Assembly (NCBI GenBank): GCA_050951545.1
Contig: JBMNJG010000002.1
Location: forward strand, 32,001 to 96,000
Reading direction: 5' to 3'
DNA from: Limnochordia bacterium
GTDB taxonomy: Bacteria > Bacillota > Limnochordia > DTU080
Length of the DNA stretch: 64,000 nt
Under the pieces are notes generated by a model. It saw nothing but the letters and a program-made list of their open reading frames with translations. It was not told where the DNA came from and searched no databases. Shown here piece by piece: positions 8,326-17,697 of this stretch (position 1 is the first letter of the stretch; every line of letters starts with the position of its first letter). Made by a program: the position numbers and the translations under genes.

Positions 8326-9933
8326 ATGGAACATAATGGTCTAACGTTGTTCACTCAGCTAGCTATTAACGATCAGCTCCTGCGAGCTATTGACGATCTG
8401 GGTTTTGAGGAACCTTCTCCAATCCAGACACAGGCGATTCCGCCTGCATTGCGGGGCGAGGACCTCATAGGTCAGGCTCAGACGGGCACAGGCAAGACTG
8501 CCGCGTTCGCGATCCCCATCCTCCAGAATCTGTCGCCCGCGATGCGTAACCGACGTGGTCCGCTTGCACTCGTCGTAACTCCTACAAGGGAGTTGGCCAT
8601 TCAGGTCACAGAAGAGTTCCGCCGTCTTGCCCGGCATACGTCTTGCCAGGCCTTACCCATCTACGGTGGTCAACCGATCGGCCGTCAGATCAAGGGCCTG
8701 CGGCAGGGCGTCGATGTGGTTATCGGTACACCAGGAAGACTGCTTGACCACCTGTCCAGACGCACACTAACACTTCACAGCGTGAACACGGTGGTGCTCG
8801 ACGAAGCAGACGAAATGATGGCCATGGGGTTCATCGACGATATCGAGAGCATCTTGAAGATGACTCCCCCACAGCGCCAGACCCTCTTGTTCTCGGCGAC
8901 GATGCCCCCAGCGATCGCGCGCTTGGCGGTCAAGTACATGCGCAATCCGGTGCGCATCACAATCCAGCCTGAACACGTGGTGGCCCCCGACATTGAGCAG
9001 ATCTACTACGAGGTGCCGCCCCATGCCCGCTTTGAAGCACTCTATCGCATCATCGACAGCGAGGCTATTCAGCGGGCGATCATCTTCTGTCGCACAAAGC
9101 GAGGCGCCGACGAGCTAGCGGACCGGTTACGCGATCGTGGATACTTGGCCGATGCCCTCCATGGCGATCTGGAGCAGCGCCAACGCGACCGGGTGATGTA
9201 CGCTTTCCGTAACGGCGATATCGACCTATTGGTTGCCACGGACGTTGCGGCCCGCGGGCTAGACGTAGAGAACGTCACGCATGTGATCAACTACGATATC
9301 CCCACGGACCCCGAATCGTACGTCCATCGCATTGGCCGGACTGGCCGGGCTGGCCGATCGGGCATTGCTATGACTCTAATTCACCCCAAAGAACGTCGCA
9401 CACTATCGCTGATTGAGCGTCTGACTGGTGTTCGCATCAAGCGCCGCATCGTCCCTACCCCAGCGATTGTGGCAGAGCGGCAGCGAGAGATATGGCGTGA
9501 GCGCCTGGTCAAGACCCTCGACAGGGACAACTTGGCCACCTATCGGGGGATCATTGAGGAACTGCTTGACGAGTATGACTCTGTGGATGTTGGAGCTGCG
9601 GCCTTCAAGCTTCTTTTGGACGGCGCGAATGGGCAGACTCGCTCGGATCCAATGGGTCCGGCTACGGAATTCGGCAACACTGGTTCCGAGAGAGGAATGA
9701 CGCGTTTTTTCATCAACATCGGACGCAAAGAAGGAGTCACTCCTGCCAGTATCGTCCGTGGTGTCTCAGAGCAAGCCAGCATCTCAGGCGCAGTGATAGG
9801 CAAGATAGACATCCATGAGAGCTTCGCCTTTTTCGAGGTGCCTTTGGACTTGGCGTCCAGTGTCGCAGGGGCCATGCGACAGGGCGAGATTAAGGGCCGT
9901 GCGATTAACATCGAGCCAGCGCGCGTTCGGTAG
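8326..9933 (+). CDS. cshA: DEAD-box RNA helicase, CshA/DeaD type, with C-terminal DbpA RNA-binding domain
   Basis: Q motif (GFEEPSPIQ), AQTGTGKT, PTRELA, DEAD, SAT and HRIGRTGRAG; C-terminal RFFINIGRKEG...IGKIDI; AAGGA RBS before MEHNG. Confidence 0.92.
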   Translation: MEHNGLTLFTQLAINDQLLRAIDDLGFEEPSPIQTQAIPPALRGEDLIGQAQTGTGKTAAFAIPILQNLSPAMRNRRGPLALVVTPTRELAIQVTEEFRRLARHTSCQALPIYGGQPIGRQIKGLRQGVDVVIGTPGRLLDHLSRRTLTLHSVNTVVLDEADEMMAMGFIDDIESILKMTPPQRQTLLFSATMPPAIARLAVKYMRNPVRITIQPEHVVAPDIEQIYYEVPPHARFEALYRIIDSEAIQRAIIFCRTKRGADELADRLRDRGYLADALHGDLEQRQRDRVMYAFRNGDIDLLVATDVAARGLDVENVTHVINYDIPTDPESYVHRIGRTGRAGRSGIAMTLIHPKERRTLSLIERLTGVRIKRRIVPTPAIVAERQREIWRERLVKTLDRDNLATYRGIIEELLDEYDSVDVGAAAFKLLLDGANGQTRSDPMGPATEFGNTGSERGMTRFFINIGRKEGVTPASIVRGVSEQASISGAVIGKIDIHESFAFFEVPLDLASSVAGAMRQGEIKGRAINIEPARVR

Positions 9934-9962
9934 GCTCCCCCAACCCTATCGTGGGCGACTGC

Positions 9963-9995
9963 GCCGCCCACACCCAAGCGATGGGCGTGGGCGGC
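9963..9995 (+). terminator. Stem-loop after the helicase gene
   Basis: GCCGCCCACACCCA-AGCGA-TGGGCGTGGGCGGC (one mismatch); no U tract. Confidence 0.4.
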
Positions 9996-10127
9996 CGACG
10001 GTGCTCGCTGGGTTGATAAGATGATCACGGCCTTTGCAGTGCCTGTTGACGCCCTTTCCATACATGCAGCCAGGATAAGGGCTCTTTCAGACGAACCACA
10101 TAGGGCTCACAGGATTCCTGGTTTGGA

Positions 10128-13100
10128 GTGATGAAGCCCATGCGATTGTTTAGGACCCTCGTCAAATTGATGTCACTTAGCCTAACGGTCTCGTTGATCT
10201 GTCTTGCTTGTGTACAGATGGCAGTGGCCGACGCAGCATTCACAGCTTACCTCCGGCCCACTCCATCTGTTCTCAACACGAATAACGAGCATCACCTGAA
10301 GATCCCTTTCTACCAGGCTATTCCCTGCGCTGAGGGCGCACTGCAACCAAGTGCAGCCCGCAGTCTCAGGAGCGCAGAGGGAGTGCCCGTTCCGGCTCAG
10401 GTATCAACTGCCGCGCTATGGCCCGACGGCAGTGTTCGCTGGCTGGCCATCGACGGTGTATGGCCCTCTGAGTTACCTCTTTCAGAAGCTGTCAGGGTGC
10501 AAGTGAGCGACCTGCCCTACACTCCGGCTACCTTCTTGCCCGAGGCGGTTATTCACGCGGTCAGCGTCGACGATGATGAGATTCGCTTGCTTGACCAAAG
10601 CGAGCACACCGTAGCGGTACTTACCCCACAGGCTTCATACATCACGATATCGGAGCCAAAGCAGATCCTTCCCGACTCTCTTCCGGACGATGAGCGTCAG
10701 TACGCCTGGGCAGAGCCCTTGACCTCTCTCAATCCGACAGGCAAGAGCATTCCCCTCAACCTACGTATTCGTGACTGCATCATCGAAGCTGACAATGATC
10801 TCTTCACCGTATACCGTGTCCGAGGCAATGGCGGCGATCAGAATCCCGAGGCAGGACTGGAATGGCAGCTGCGAGTGCGCATCTACCACGTGGTACCTGT
10901 AGTGCGCCTGCAGATGAGTTGGTCATTGCACTGGGACCCCCAAAGCTACGCTCTAACCTCGGCCCAGTGGTCTGCCCGCTTCGTCGCCCCCTTCAATGAA
11001 GTGCACATTTCGGGTGTCAACTCGACCCTGGATGCCTCTCAGGGTAGTGTGCAGCTAGCCGCCGAACCACCTGGCCAGAGCCGACTCACCTATCAAGAGG
11101 CTGAGGTGGCCGAGCGCGATCTACCTGAGCCAGAGTGGCACAGCCTGGCTGCTCGGACAGGCGACAGGTATCTAGGCGTTGGCACTGTACACGCGACGCG
11201 GCTAGGTCCTAACCATGTTGCCGTGCATGATCGTACTATTGAACTGGCTTCGTGGAGCGCAGACCTAGGCTACGGTTTGGATCTGCGTTCAACAGCCTTA
11301 CCAGATGAGTTTGGCCTGGACGCGGTTGACGGAAGAGCCCTCGCCATCGGCGTCACGCGCACCATGGAAAGCAGCCTGGTTTGGGCCTCTAGCGCTGAAC
11401 AAGCTCAGAACCTCGCGGCTCTGGAGGCGAAGCGCGATAACCTGTGGCTCCCCAACAGCACCGATGTCACAGAAAGCCAGGTCTTTGGCCCCTGGAATGA
11501 TGGTACCTTCTTCTCCAACGACGCCTTCTTTGAGGGTTTGAGAGCTAATCTGCACTTTCTCGTGGACTCACGTGATCATTGGCGCTGGAATGGCTGGGCC
11601 AACTTTGGCGATATGCGTACCAACTTCTCCAGCTCTACGCAGACGGATCGAGGCCTATACGCAGAACGTTGGTCCCTGCACGGTCGCTATGGCTGGCGCC
11701 ACGGCTCTGCCGAGCCCTACTACGGTCTGTGGTTGAGTGGCCTAGCCCTGGATGATCGCGCCCTGTGTCTGGCCGCCATCGACTACGCCTTGCACGTCGC
11801 CGACGTAGACGTCTCGCATGCCTCGTTTTTCGATTCGTCTCTGCCTACGGATGGCGGGATGCACCGCAGAAACAAAGATCACTGGAGCGGTTCAGTGCAG
11901 ATGCAGTACACGCCCAGCAGCGGCCTCTACCTGACCCAGTGGCTCACGGGTCACGAACGCCTTCACGAGACTCTGGAGGAGGTGCGCGGCTATGCCACAC
12001 GCCAAGGACGCAGTGGCTCCGCTTTTGCTGCGCAAGCGTGGATAAACCGCTACATGGAGACCAACGACCCCGAAGACCTTCGTCAGGCCCGTGCCCTGTT
12101 GGTGGAGAGTGCCAACGTCTGGGCACGCAACAATCCGAAACCAGAGTTGCGTGACCTGGCGACGCTATACGTGGAAAACTTCAGGCGCACTCTGGACGGT
12201 ATTCCAGTGCTGATTCAGTTTCATGAAGCTACACAAGACCCGGCATATCTCGATGTCATCCTGGAGATGATCCGGGCGCATGGGCTTCCAGACAGTCGCG
12301 ATCCGGCTCTAGCCGAATACCACGGACTCGCTTATCTGCTGCTCAACGGCTTCACCGAAGAGCGCATTGGAGTGAGTCTGGTTAGGCAAGCTCGCCTGCA
12401 CGTGGCCCAGTTACTTTATCCGCAGCGCATTCCGCCTAAGGATCAGTGGAGCTACTTGAACCTGAAGGATTTCGTTCTTACTGGCCTGCAGCCAATCAGC
12501 AGCCCCAGCTACCGAGAGACGGCGGCGATAGGCTGGCGCGCCATCATGGCTCCTGTGGTGTTGCACGCCCTCGGCGTGGAACCCAAAGAGATGACCTTGG
12601 CCGGGCCGAAGACGCTCTACGTAGGACGTGGCGGCCCAACAGAGACCACCCTATCGATCACGCGCCTGCACGATCAAGAGGAGATGCAGGGATATCTCGA
12701 AACCAGGAACCTACCTGAGGGATTGCGCATCTCTCCACATGAGCTCTTCTATCACATCGAACCTGGCAGCAAGCAGATCTCCCTTCCGATAGTGCTGGAG
12801 GCAGCGTCAAGCGTGGCTCCGGAGGCCTATCGTATCTCTTTTGTCGATCCCGAGCGTAGCGAGCTGACGCTAGCTTTCCCAGTGGTAGTGCCGGGCTGGC
12901 GTGTCGTCGATGATTTCCGCCCACCCACGAAAGACTCGTGGTTCGGGAGCTTCAGTTTTGACGTATGCGAAGAGAAGTCAGAAGGCTGGCAGCACGACAC
13001 CACAGATCCCGACGGTGAGCTCTTTGATGACCTGGACCGTCTCTGCCGCGTCGAGCCTACCGCTGAGTATCTGATATACGGTACACCAGGCCTCTACGAT

Positions 13101-13364
13101 TTCACCCTAACGTTCTACGCCCCTGTGGCTACGATGGAGCAAGTGGCCAGTCAGATCGCGTTCGCAGTGACCACAGATGGAGACACTTGGCAGCCCATTC
13201 CAACCCTAATCACGTGGACGGTACAAGGTGAGTATGCCAACGGAACCCTCAGGCCCCAAGAACCAATGTTCCGCGGAGACGGAAAACTCAGGCTGAGCGT
13301 ATCCGCAGGTGGAGATGCCGCCTTTCCGCAGTTGGGGCATCTGGAGATCAGAGGCTGGCAATAG
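10128..13364 (+). CDS. Large secreted YetA/PcRGLX (PL26)-like protein with C-terminal accessory domains
   Basis: Signal peptide; VPAQVSTAALWPDGSVRWL, WRWNGWANFGDM, HVADVDVSH, GMHRRNKDHWSG and YLTQWLTGHER. Start could be 10128, 10131 or 10140. Confidence 0.75.
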   Translation: MMKPMRLFRTLVKLMSLSLTVSLICLACVQMAVADAAFTAYLRPTPSVLNTNNEHHLKIPFYQAIPCAEGALQPSAARSLRSAEGVPVPAQVSTAALWPDGSVRWLAIDGVWPSELPLSEAVRVQVSDLPYTPATFLPEAVIHAVSVDDDEIRLLDQSEHTVAVLTPQASYITISEPKQILPDSLPDDERQYAWAEPLTSLNPTGKSIPLNLRIRDCIIEADNDLFTVYRVRGNGGDQNPEAGLEWQLRVRIYHVVPVVRLQMSWSLHWDPQSYALTSAQWSARFVAPFNEVHISGVNSTLDASQGSVQLAAEPPGQSRLTYQEAEVAERDLPEPEWHSLAARTGDRYLGVGTVHATRLGPNHVAVHDRTIELASWSADLGYGLDLRSTALPDEFGLDAVDGRALAIGVTRTMESSLVWASSAEQAQNLAALEAKRDNLWLPNSTDVTESQVFGPWNDGTFFSNDAFFEGLRANLHFLVDSRDHWRWNGWANFGDMRTNFSSSTQTDRGLYAERWSLHGRYGWRHGSAEPYYGLWLSGLALDDRALCLAAIDYALHVADVDVSHASFFDSSLPTDGGMHRRNKDHWSGSVQMQYTPSSGLYLTQWLTGHERLHETLEEVRGYATRQGRSGSAFAAQAWINRYMETNDPEDLRQARALLVESANVWARNNPKPELRDLATLYVENFRRTLDGIPVLIQFHEATQDPAYLDVILEMIRAHGLPDSRDPALAEYHGLAYLLLNGFTEERIGVSLVRQARLHVAQLLYPQRIPPKDQWSYLNLKDFVLTGLQPISSPSYRETAAIGWRAIMAPVVLHALGVEPKEMTLAGPKTLYVGRGGPTETTLSITRLHDQEEMQGYLETRNLPEGLRISPHELFYHIEPGSKQISLPIVLEAASSVAPEAYRISFVDPERSELTLAFPVVVPGWRVVDDFRPPTKDSWFGSFSFDVCEEKSEGWQHDTTDPDGELFDDLDRLCRVEPTAEYLIYGTPGLYDFTLTFYAPVATMEQVASQIAFAVTTDGDTWQPIPTLITWTVQGEYANGTLRPQEPMFRGDGKLRLSVSAGGDAAFPQLGHLEIRGWQ

Positions 13365-13393
13365 AGCCAATAGCTCTTAGTAACAGCTAAGAC

Positions 13394-13564
13394 GCGCCGG
13401 TGCTGTATGATGCAGCACCGGTTTGCTTTCCCCGTCCGGCAGCGCATTTGTGCCAGATGCGGAAAACTGTGACCATTGCTCTACCCTGACATTCATGGTG
13501 TACTGCCTGTAGGAGGAGGATACACTTATGCATCTGTCATCTCGACATCTGTATGGGCGCGTGC
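13394..13564 (+). repeat. Copy 2 of the ~170-bp direct repeat
   Basis: Matches 7815-7984; here it leads into the intact gene via an AGGAGG RBS. Confidence 0.9.
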
Positions 13565-14514
13565 TAGCGCTCACCATGGCTGTCGTGCTGCTTCTTGCCG
13601 CGCAGTCGGCTGCCGCAAGCATGATCATTCACATGGGAAATGATGCGGCCCTGAAGTGGATCTGGACATCCAAACCAAGTCTGTCCGGAGCCCTCTATGA
13701 ACTCGTCACCAGTGCTGAGCAAGCACAGAAGGTCCTTGGGCGGTTGCCGAAGCATCTGCAGTCGGACGCTTTCAAAGGCATTGACTTTCAACGGCAAGCA
13801 GCCATTGTGGCCTATCTAGGCGAGGCCCCCAGAGGAGGCTACGCGGTAGACATCCATAGTGTACAGATCTCCGGGAGTCAAGTATGGATCAACATCACTC
13901 GGCGTGCACCTGGTGCTGACGAGATTACTACAATGGCCTTGACCTATCCTCTGGCAGTAAAGGCCATTCCCTTGACCGATCTACCAGCAAAGCCATATGA
14001 GGTCCGTTTTGTCGATCAAAACGATGTTCTTCTCGCTCAGGCCACAGTGGGCAATCGTGTACCAGCATCCACCACCTTAGTGCTAGGGAAGAAGAGCATG
14101 TTGCGTTGGCAGTGGACTCGTGACAAGGAGTTGCCCGGTGCGCTGTATGCACTCGTTACATCACGTAGCCAGGCCAACCGTGTGGCTAGCATGCTCCCCG
14201 AGAAGCTAGGCAAAGATGCGTTTCGCGACATCAACTTCAAAAAAGAAGTCGCTGTCGTAGCCTATCTGGGCAATACCTCTCGAAACGGGTACGCCGTGGG
14301 GATCCATAGCGTCGAAGTGACTGGGCAGCAGGTGCGCGTCACAGTTGGGCGACGCTCACGTAGCACGAGCAAGGCTGTAATGAAGAGTGCTCCACAGCTC
14401 TTTGAGGTGAAGTCATTCTCACGCACCGTTCTGCCTAAGGAAGCCTTTACAGTGCAGTTTGTGGACCAAAACAGCACGCCCCTTCCCCAAACGTGTTTCG
14501 TCACACTTCCTTGA
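13528..14514 (+). CDS. Secreted protein with two tandem PrcB C-terminal-like domains
   Basis: Signal peptide; IDFQRQAAIVAYLGEAPRGGYAVDIHSV repeated as INFKKEVAVVAYLGNTSRNGYAVGIHSV; TMALTYP. Confidence 0.8.
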   Translation: MHLSSRHLYGRVLALTMAVVLLLAAQSAAASMIIHMGNDAALKWIWTSKPSLSGALYELVTSAEQAQKVLGRLPKHLQSDAFKGIDFQRQAAIVAYLGEAPRGGYAVDIHSVQISGSQVWINITRRAPGADEITTMALTYPLAVKAIPLTDLPAKPYEVRFVDQNDVLLAQATVGNRVPASTTLVLGKKSMLRWQWTRDKELPGALYALVTSRSQANRVASMLPEKLGKDAFRDINFKKEVAVVAYLGNTSRNGYAVGIHSVEVTGQQVRVTVGRRSRSTSKAVMKSAPQLFEVKSFSRTVLPKEAFTVQFVDQNSTPLPQTCFVTLP

Positions 14515-14587
14515 AGACGATGTTTCGCGTGCGGGCATGTCGGCGGTCTCCGATTTCCGCTCAGTGTTCGCCGAACATGTCAGCAAC

Positions 14588-14619
14588 AGGCGGGGGCGCC
14601 AGTGGCCCCCGCCTCTTTT
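14588..14619 (+). terminator. Intrinsic terminator
   Basis: AGGCGGGGGC-7 nt-GCCCCCGCCT followed by CTTTT. Confidence 0.75.
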
Positions 14620-14687
14620 CGCCATTGCTGTGTGGCGACGCTGGGGCGATCAGGCTGACCACGGGTAACCGCCATCATGTCCACCTC

Positions 14688-14716
14688 TTGACATGCTAAT
14701 CACGCAAGCGTATGGT
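14688..14716 (+). promoter_or_regulatory. SigA promoter of SBP copy 1
   Basis: TTGACA-17 bp-TATGGT; conserved in front of the duplicate gene. Confidence 0.7.
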
Positions 14717-14788
14717 TAAATTGTCTCAATCGTAGTTATGTCACGAAGTCTGTTACGATACTACCTCGAAAAAGAAGGGTGATCCAGC

Positions 14789-16084
14789 ATGTCGAGACGG
14801 CTACTCCCATGGGAGCGCCAAGGGATTTTTATTGTTTTCAGCCTAACCATTCTTCTCTCGTCCTTTTCTTTGACTTTCGCCGCTCAGCAATCGATTGAGT
14901 TCATGTACCTCGCCGGGGAGTCTTGGCAGACTGCCTACAACGCACAAATCAGTGCCTTTGAGGCTGCCAATCCGGATATCAAGGTGGACAGGCTGTGGGT
15001 TCAAGATGGCTACGGCACCCGACTCGCCGCGCTCGTAGCAGCTGGTACAGTGCCCGATGTTATCGCTCTGGACATGCATGACATTATGAGCTTTGGCGAC
15101 GAACGCTTTCTCTACGACCTCAACCCCTTCATCCAGAAGACACCTGAGTACCAGTTCAAGAGGGTGGCCATGCCGCTCGTTGATATGTACACTGTGGACG
15201 GCAAGCTCTTCGCTGCCCCTAGCGTGGCTAATCCCTCCCTCTATGTGTACAATATTGATCTCTTTGATCGAGCTGGTCTAGCTCATCCGGTGGACCTGTA
15301 TAGGGCGGATGCCTGGGACTGGTCGGCCTTTCGTGACATGGCCCGCAAGGTTACGCGCAAAGAAGCCGACGGCCGCTTTTCTGTCGTCGGAGCCTCACTT
15401 CATCTGCCCCGTGTCTGGATTGCCGCGAATGGTGGTCGTGAGTTCGATGACTCTAAGCGCCCAACAGAGTGCTCTTACAATAGCCAAGCCAGCATTGAAG
15501 CCATCGAGTTCGTACATAGCCTGATCTGGCAGGACGAGGCCATGCTGCCCGCTGGCAGAATAGCGGGTCAAGTCGGTGCTAATGATGTCGTTGGCTTTGC
15601 ACAAGGCAAAGTGGGTATGTCGAGCCGCTGGATCTCCTACGTCCCACAGTTCACCCAAGGAGCCGCCGATGTGGGCCTGGTACCCTACCCCAAGGCACCG
15701 ACACCACAAGGGCGCTACGCTACCGACTTGGGCAGCTGGGGCATTGCCATCAGTCGGCAGACCAAGAACCTTGACGCAGCCTGGCGCTTCGTCTCTTTCA
15801 TCACCGGACCTGCTGGGTGTACCATTGACGCGAAGATGCCCGGGCGTACCCCTCCACGTCCCCTAAACTTAGCCTGGCTGCCTGCCCAGATAGAGAATCC
15901 GGAGATCTATCCTGACCTGCTGGTTAGCGGTATCGTGCGTGTCATCTCTCACGACCGGAAGAGCCTCCAGAGCATCATTGACCGCGGGATGAACATGGTG
16001 TGGAACAACACCGTGGAACCCAGATCGGCGGCAAGCGAGATCACTCGCCAAATTAACGCTTTCCTAAAGCAAACCCCCCAGTAA
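14789..16084 (+). CDS. ABC sugar-binding protein, tandem copy 1
   Basis: Signal peptide; FEAANPDIKV, GTVPDV, YNIDLFDRAG, AAWRFVSFI. Confidence 0.9.
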   Translation: MSRRLLPWERQGIFIVFSLTILLSSFSLTFAAQQSIEFMYLAGESWQTAYNAQISAFEAANPDIKVDRLWVQDGYGTRLAALVAAGTVPDVIALDMHDIMSFGDERFLYDLNPFIQKTPEYQFKRVAMPLVDMYTVDGKLFAAPSVANPSLYVYNIDLFDRAGLAHPVDLYRADAWDWSAFRDMARKVTRKEADGRFSVVGASLHLPRVWIAANGGREFDDSKRPTECSYNSQASIEAIEFVHSLIWQDEAMLPAGRIAGQVGANDVVGFAQGKVGMSSRWISYVPQFTQGAADVGLVPYPKAPTPQGRYATDLGSWGIAISRQTKNLDAAWRFVSFITGPAGCTIDAKMPGRTPPRPLNLAWLPAQIENPEIYPDLLVSGIVRVISHDRKSLQSIIDRGMNMVWNNTVEPRSAASEITRQINAFLKQTPQ

Positions 16085-16117
16085 GCCGTTCTTGATTTTC
16101 CACTACTTCGTATCTAC

Positions 16118-16151
16118 AGGGCCGATGCGCTATCTCATGCGCACCGGCCCT
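16118..16151 (+). terminator. Stem-loop after SBP copy 1
   Basis: AGGGCCGATGCGC-8 nt-GCGCACCGGCCCT (one mismatch). Confidence 0.55.
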
Positions 16152-16194
16152 TCGCTGTGACAGGATAGCCGTTGTAGCGCATCGTATCCATTTC

Positions 16195-16223
16195 TTGACA
16201 CGCTAATCATGCAGGCGTATGAT
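16195..16223 (+). promoter_or_regulatory. SigA promoter of SBP copy 2
   Basis: TTGACA-17 bp-TATGAT. Confidence 0.75.
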
Positions 16224-16289
16224 TAAATTGTTTCAATCGCAATCATGTCACGAAGTCTGTTACGATACTATCTCGAAAAAGAAGGGTGA

Positions 16290-17594
16290 TTGAACGTGTC
16301 GAGACGGCTACTCCCATGGGAGCGCCAAGGGATTCTTGTTGTTGTCAGCCTAACCATTCTTCTCTCGTCCTTTTCTTTGACCTTCGCCGCTGAAGAATCC
16401 ATCGAATTCATGTACCTCGCCGGGGGGGAATCTTGGGAAGAGGCCTATCGCACGCTGACTGACGCCTTTGAAGCGGCTAATCCGGATGTCAAGGTGAACA
16501 GATTGCGAGTCCAAGATGGCTACGGTACCCGTCTCGTCGCACTAATCGCCTCGGGGACAGTGCCGGACGTCCTAGCTCTGGACATGCACGACATCATGAG
16601 CTTTGGTGACGAACGCTTTCTGTACGACCTCAACCCCTTCATCCGGAAGACACCTGAGTACCAGATCAAAAGAGTAGCTCCACCGCTTCTTGATATGTAT
16701 ACCGTGGACGGCAAGCTTTTCGCGGCCCCTAGCTCAGCCAACCCCTCCCTCTATGTCTACAATATCGATCTCTTTGACAGAGCAGGCGTAGCTCATCCGG
16801 TGGATCTGTACAGAGCGGATGCCTGGGACTGGTCCGCCTTTCGCGACATGGCGCGCAAGGTTACGCGCAAAGAAGCCGATGGTCGCTTTTCTGTCGTTGG
16901 AGCTTCACTTCATCTGCCTCGTGTCTGGATTGCCGCAAACGGTGGTCGTGAATTCGATGACTCCAAACGACCCACACAGAGCTTCTATGATAGCCAAGCC
17001 AGCATCGAAGCCATCGAATTCATACATAGCATGATCTGGCAAGACGAGGCCATGCTGCCTGCCGGCAGAATAGCGGGTCAAGTCGGGGCCAATGATGTCG
17101 TTGGCTTTGCGCAAGGCAAAGTGGGTATGTCGAGTCGCTGGATCTCCTACGTCCCGCAGTTCACCCAGGGAGCCTCCGATGTGGGCCTGGTACCTTATCC
17201 TAAGGGACCAACACCACAAGGGCGCTACGCTACCGACTTGGGCAGCTGGGGTATTGCTATCAGTCAGCAGACCAAGCACCTTGACGCTGCCTGGCGCTAC
17301 GTCTCTTATATCACCGGACCCATCGGATGTGCTATTGACGCCAAGATGCCTGGAAAAACCCCTCCTCGTCCTATGCACCTAGGCTGGCTGCCTGCACAGA
17401 TAGAGAATCCGGAGATCTATCCTGACCTGCTAGTTAGCGGTATCGTGCGTGTCATCTCTCACGATCGGAAGAACCTCCAGAGCATCATTGACCGCGGGAT
17501 GAACATGGTTTGGGCCAACACCGTGGAACCCAAATCAGCGGCAAGCGAGATCACTCGCCAGATTAACGCTTTCCTAAAGCAAACCCCCCAGTGA
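16290..17594 (+). CDS. ABC sugar-binding protein, tandem copy 2
   Basis: Highly similar to 14789-16084 along its whole length; start may be the GTG at 16296. Confidence 0.9.
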   Translation: MNVSRRLLPWERQGILVVVSLTILLSSFSLTFAAEESIEFMYLAGGESWEEAYRTLTDAFEAANPDVKVNRLRVQDGYGTRLVALIASGTVPDVLALDMHDIMSFGDERFLYDLNPFIRKTPEYQIKRVAPPLLDMYTVDGKLFAAPSSANPSLYVYNIDLFDRAGVAHPVDLYRADAWDWSAFRDMARKVTRKEADGRFSVVGASLHLPRVWIAANGGREFDDSKRPTQSFYDSQASIEAIEFIHSMIWQDEAMLPAGRIAGQVGANDVVGFAQGKVGMSSRWISYVPQFTQGASDVGLVPYPKGPTPQGRYATDLGSWGIAISQQTKHLDAAWRYVSYITGPIGCAIDAKMPGKTPPRPMHLGWLPAQIENPEIYPDLLVSGIVRVISHDRKNLQSIIDRGMNMVWANTVEPKSAASEITRQINAFLKQTPQ

Positions 17595-17600
17595 AATGGC

Positions 17601-17644
17601 AAGGGCCGATATGCAGGAGACAGCACGTCGGCCTTTTCATTTCT
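17601..17644 (+). terminator. Intrinsic terminator after SBP copy 2
   Basis: AAGGGCCGATATGC...GCACGTCGGCCTTTT followed by CATTTCT; lies between convergent genes. Confidence 0.6.
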
Positions 17645-17697
17645 GGTCGGTTAGGGAGGGGCAGCAAAGCTGTCCCTCCTCGGTATTCCAGCTTACA

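Noticed and set aside
9540-10061. 173-aa antisense ORF and similar long antisense ORFs over core genes
   Set aside because: Expected from high-GC codon bias opposite well-supported genes.
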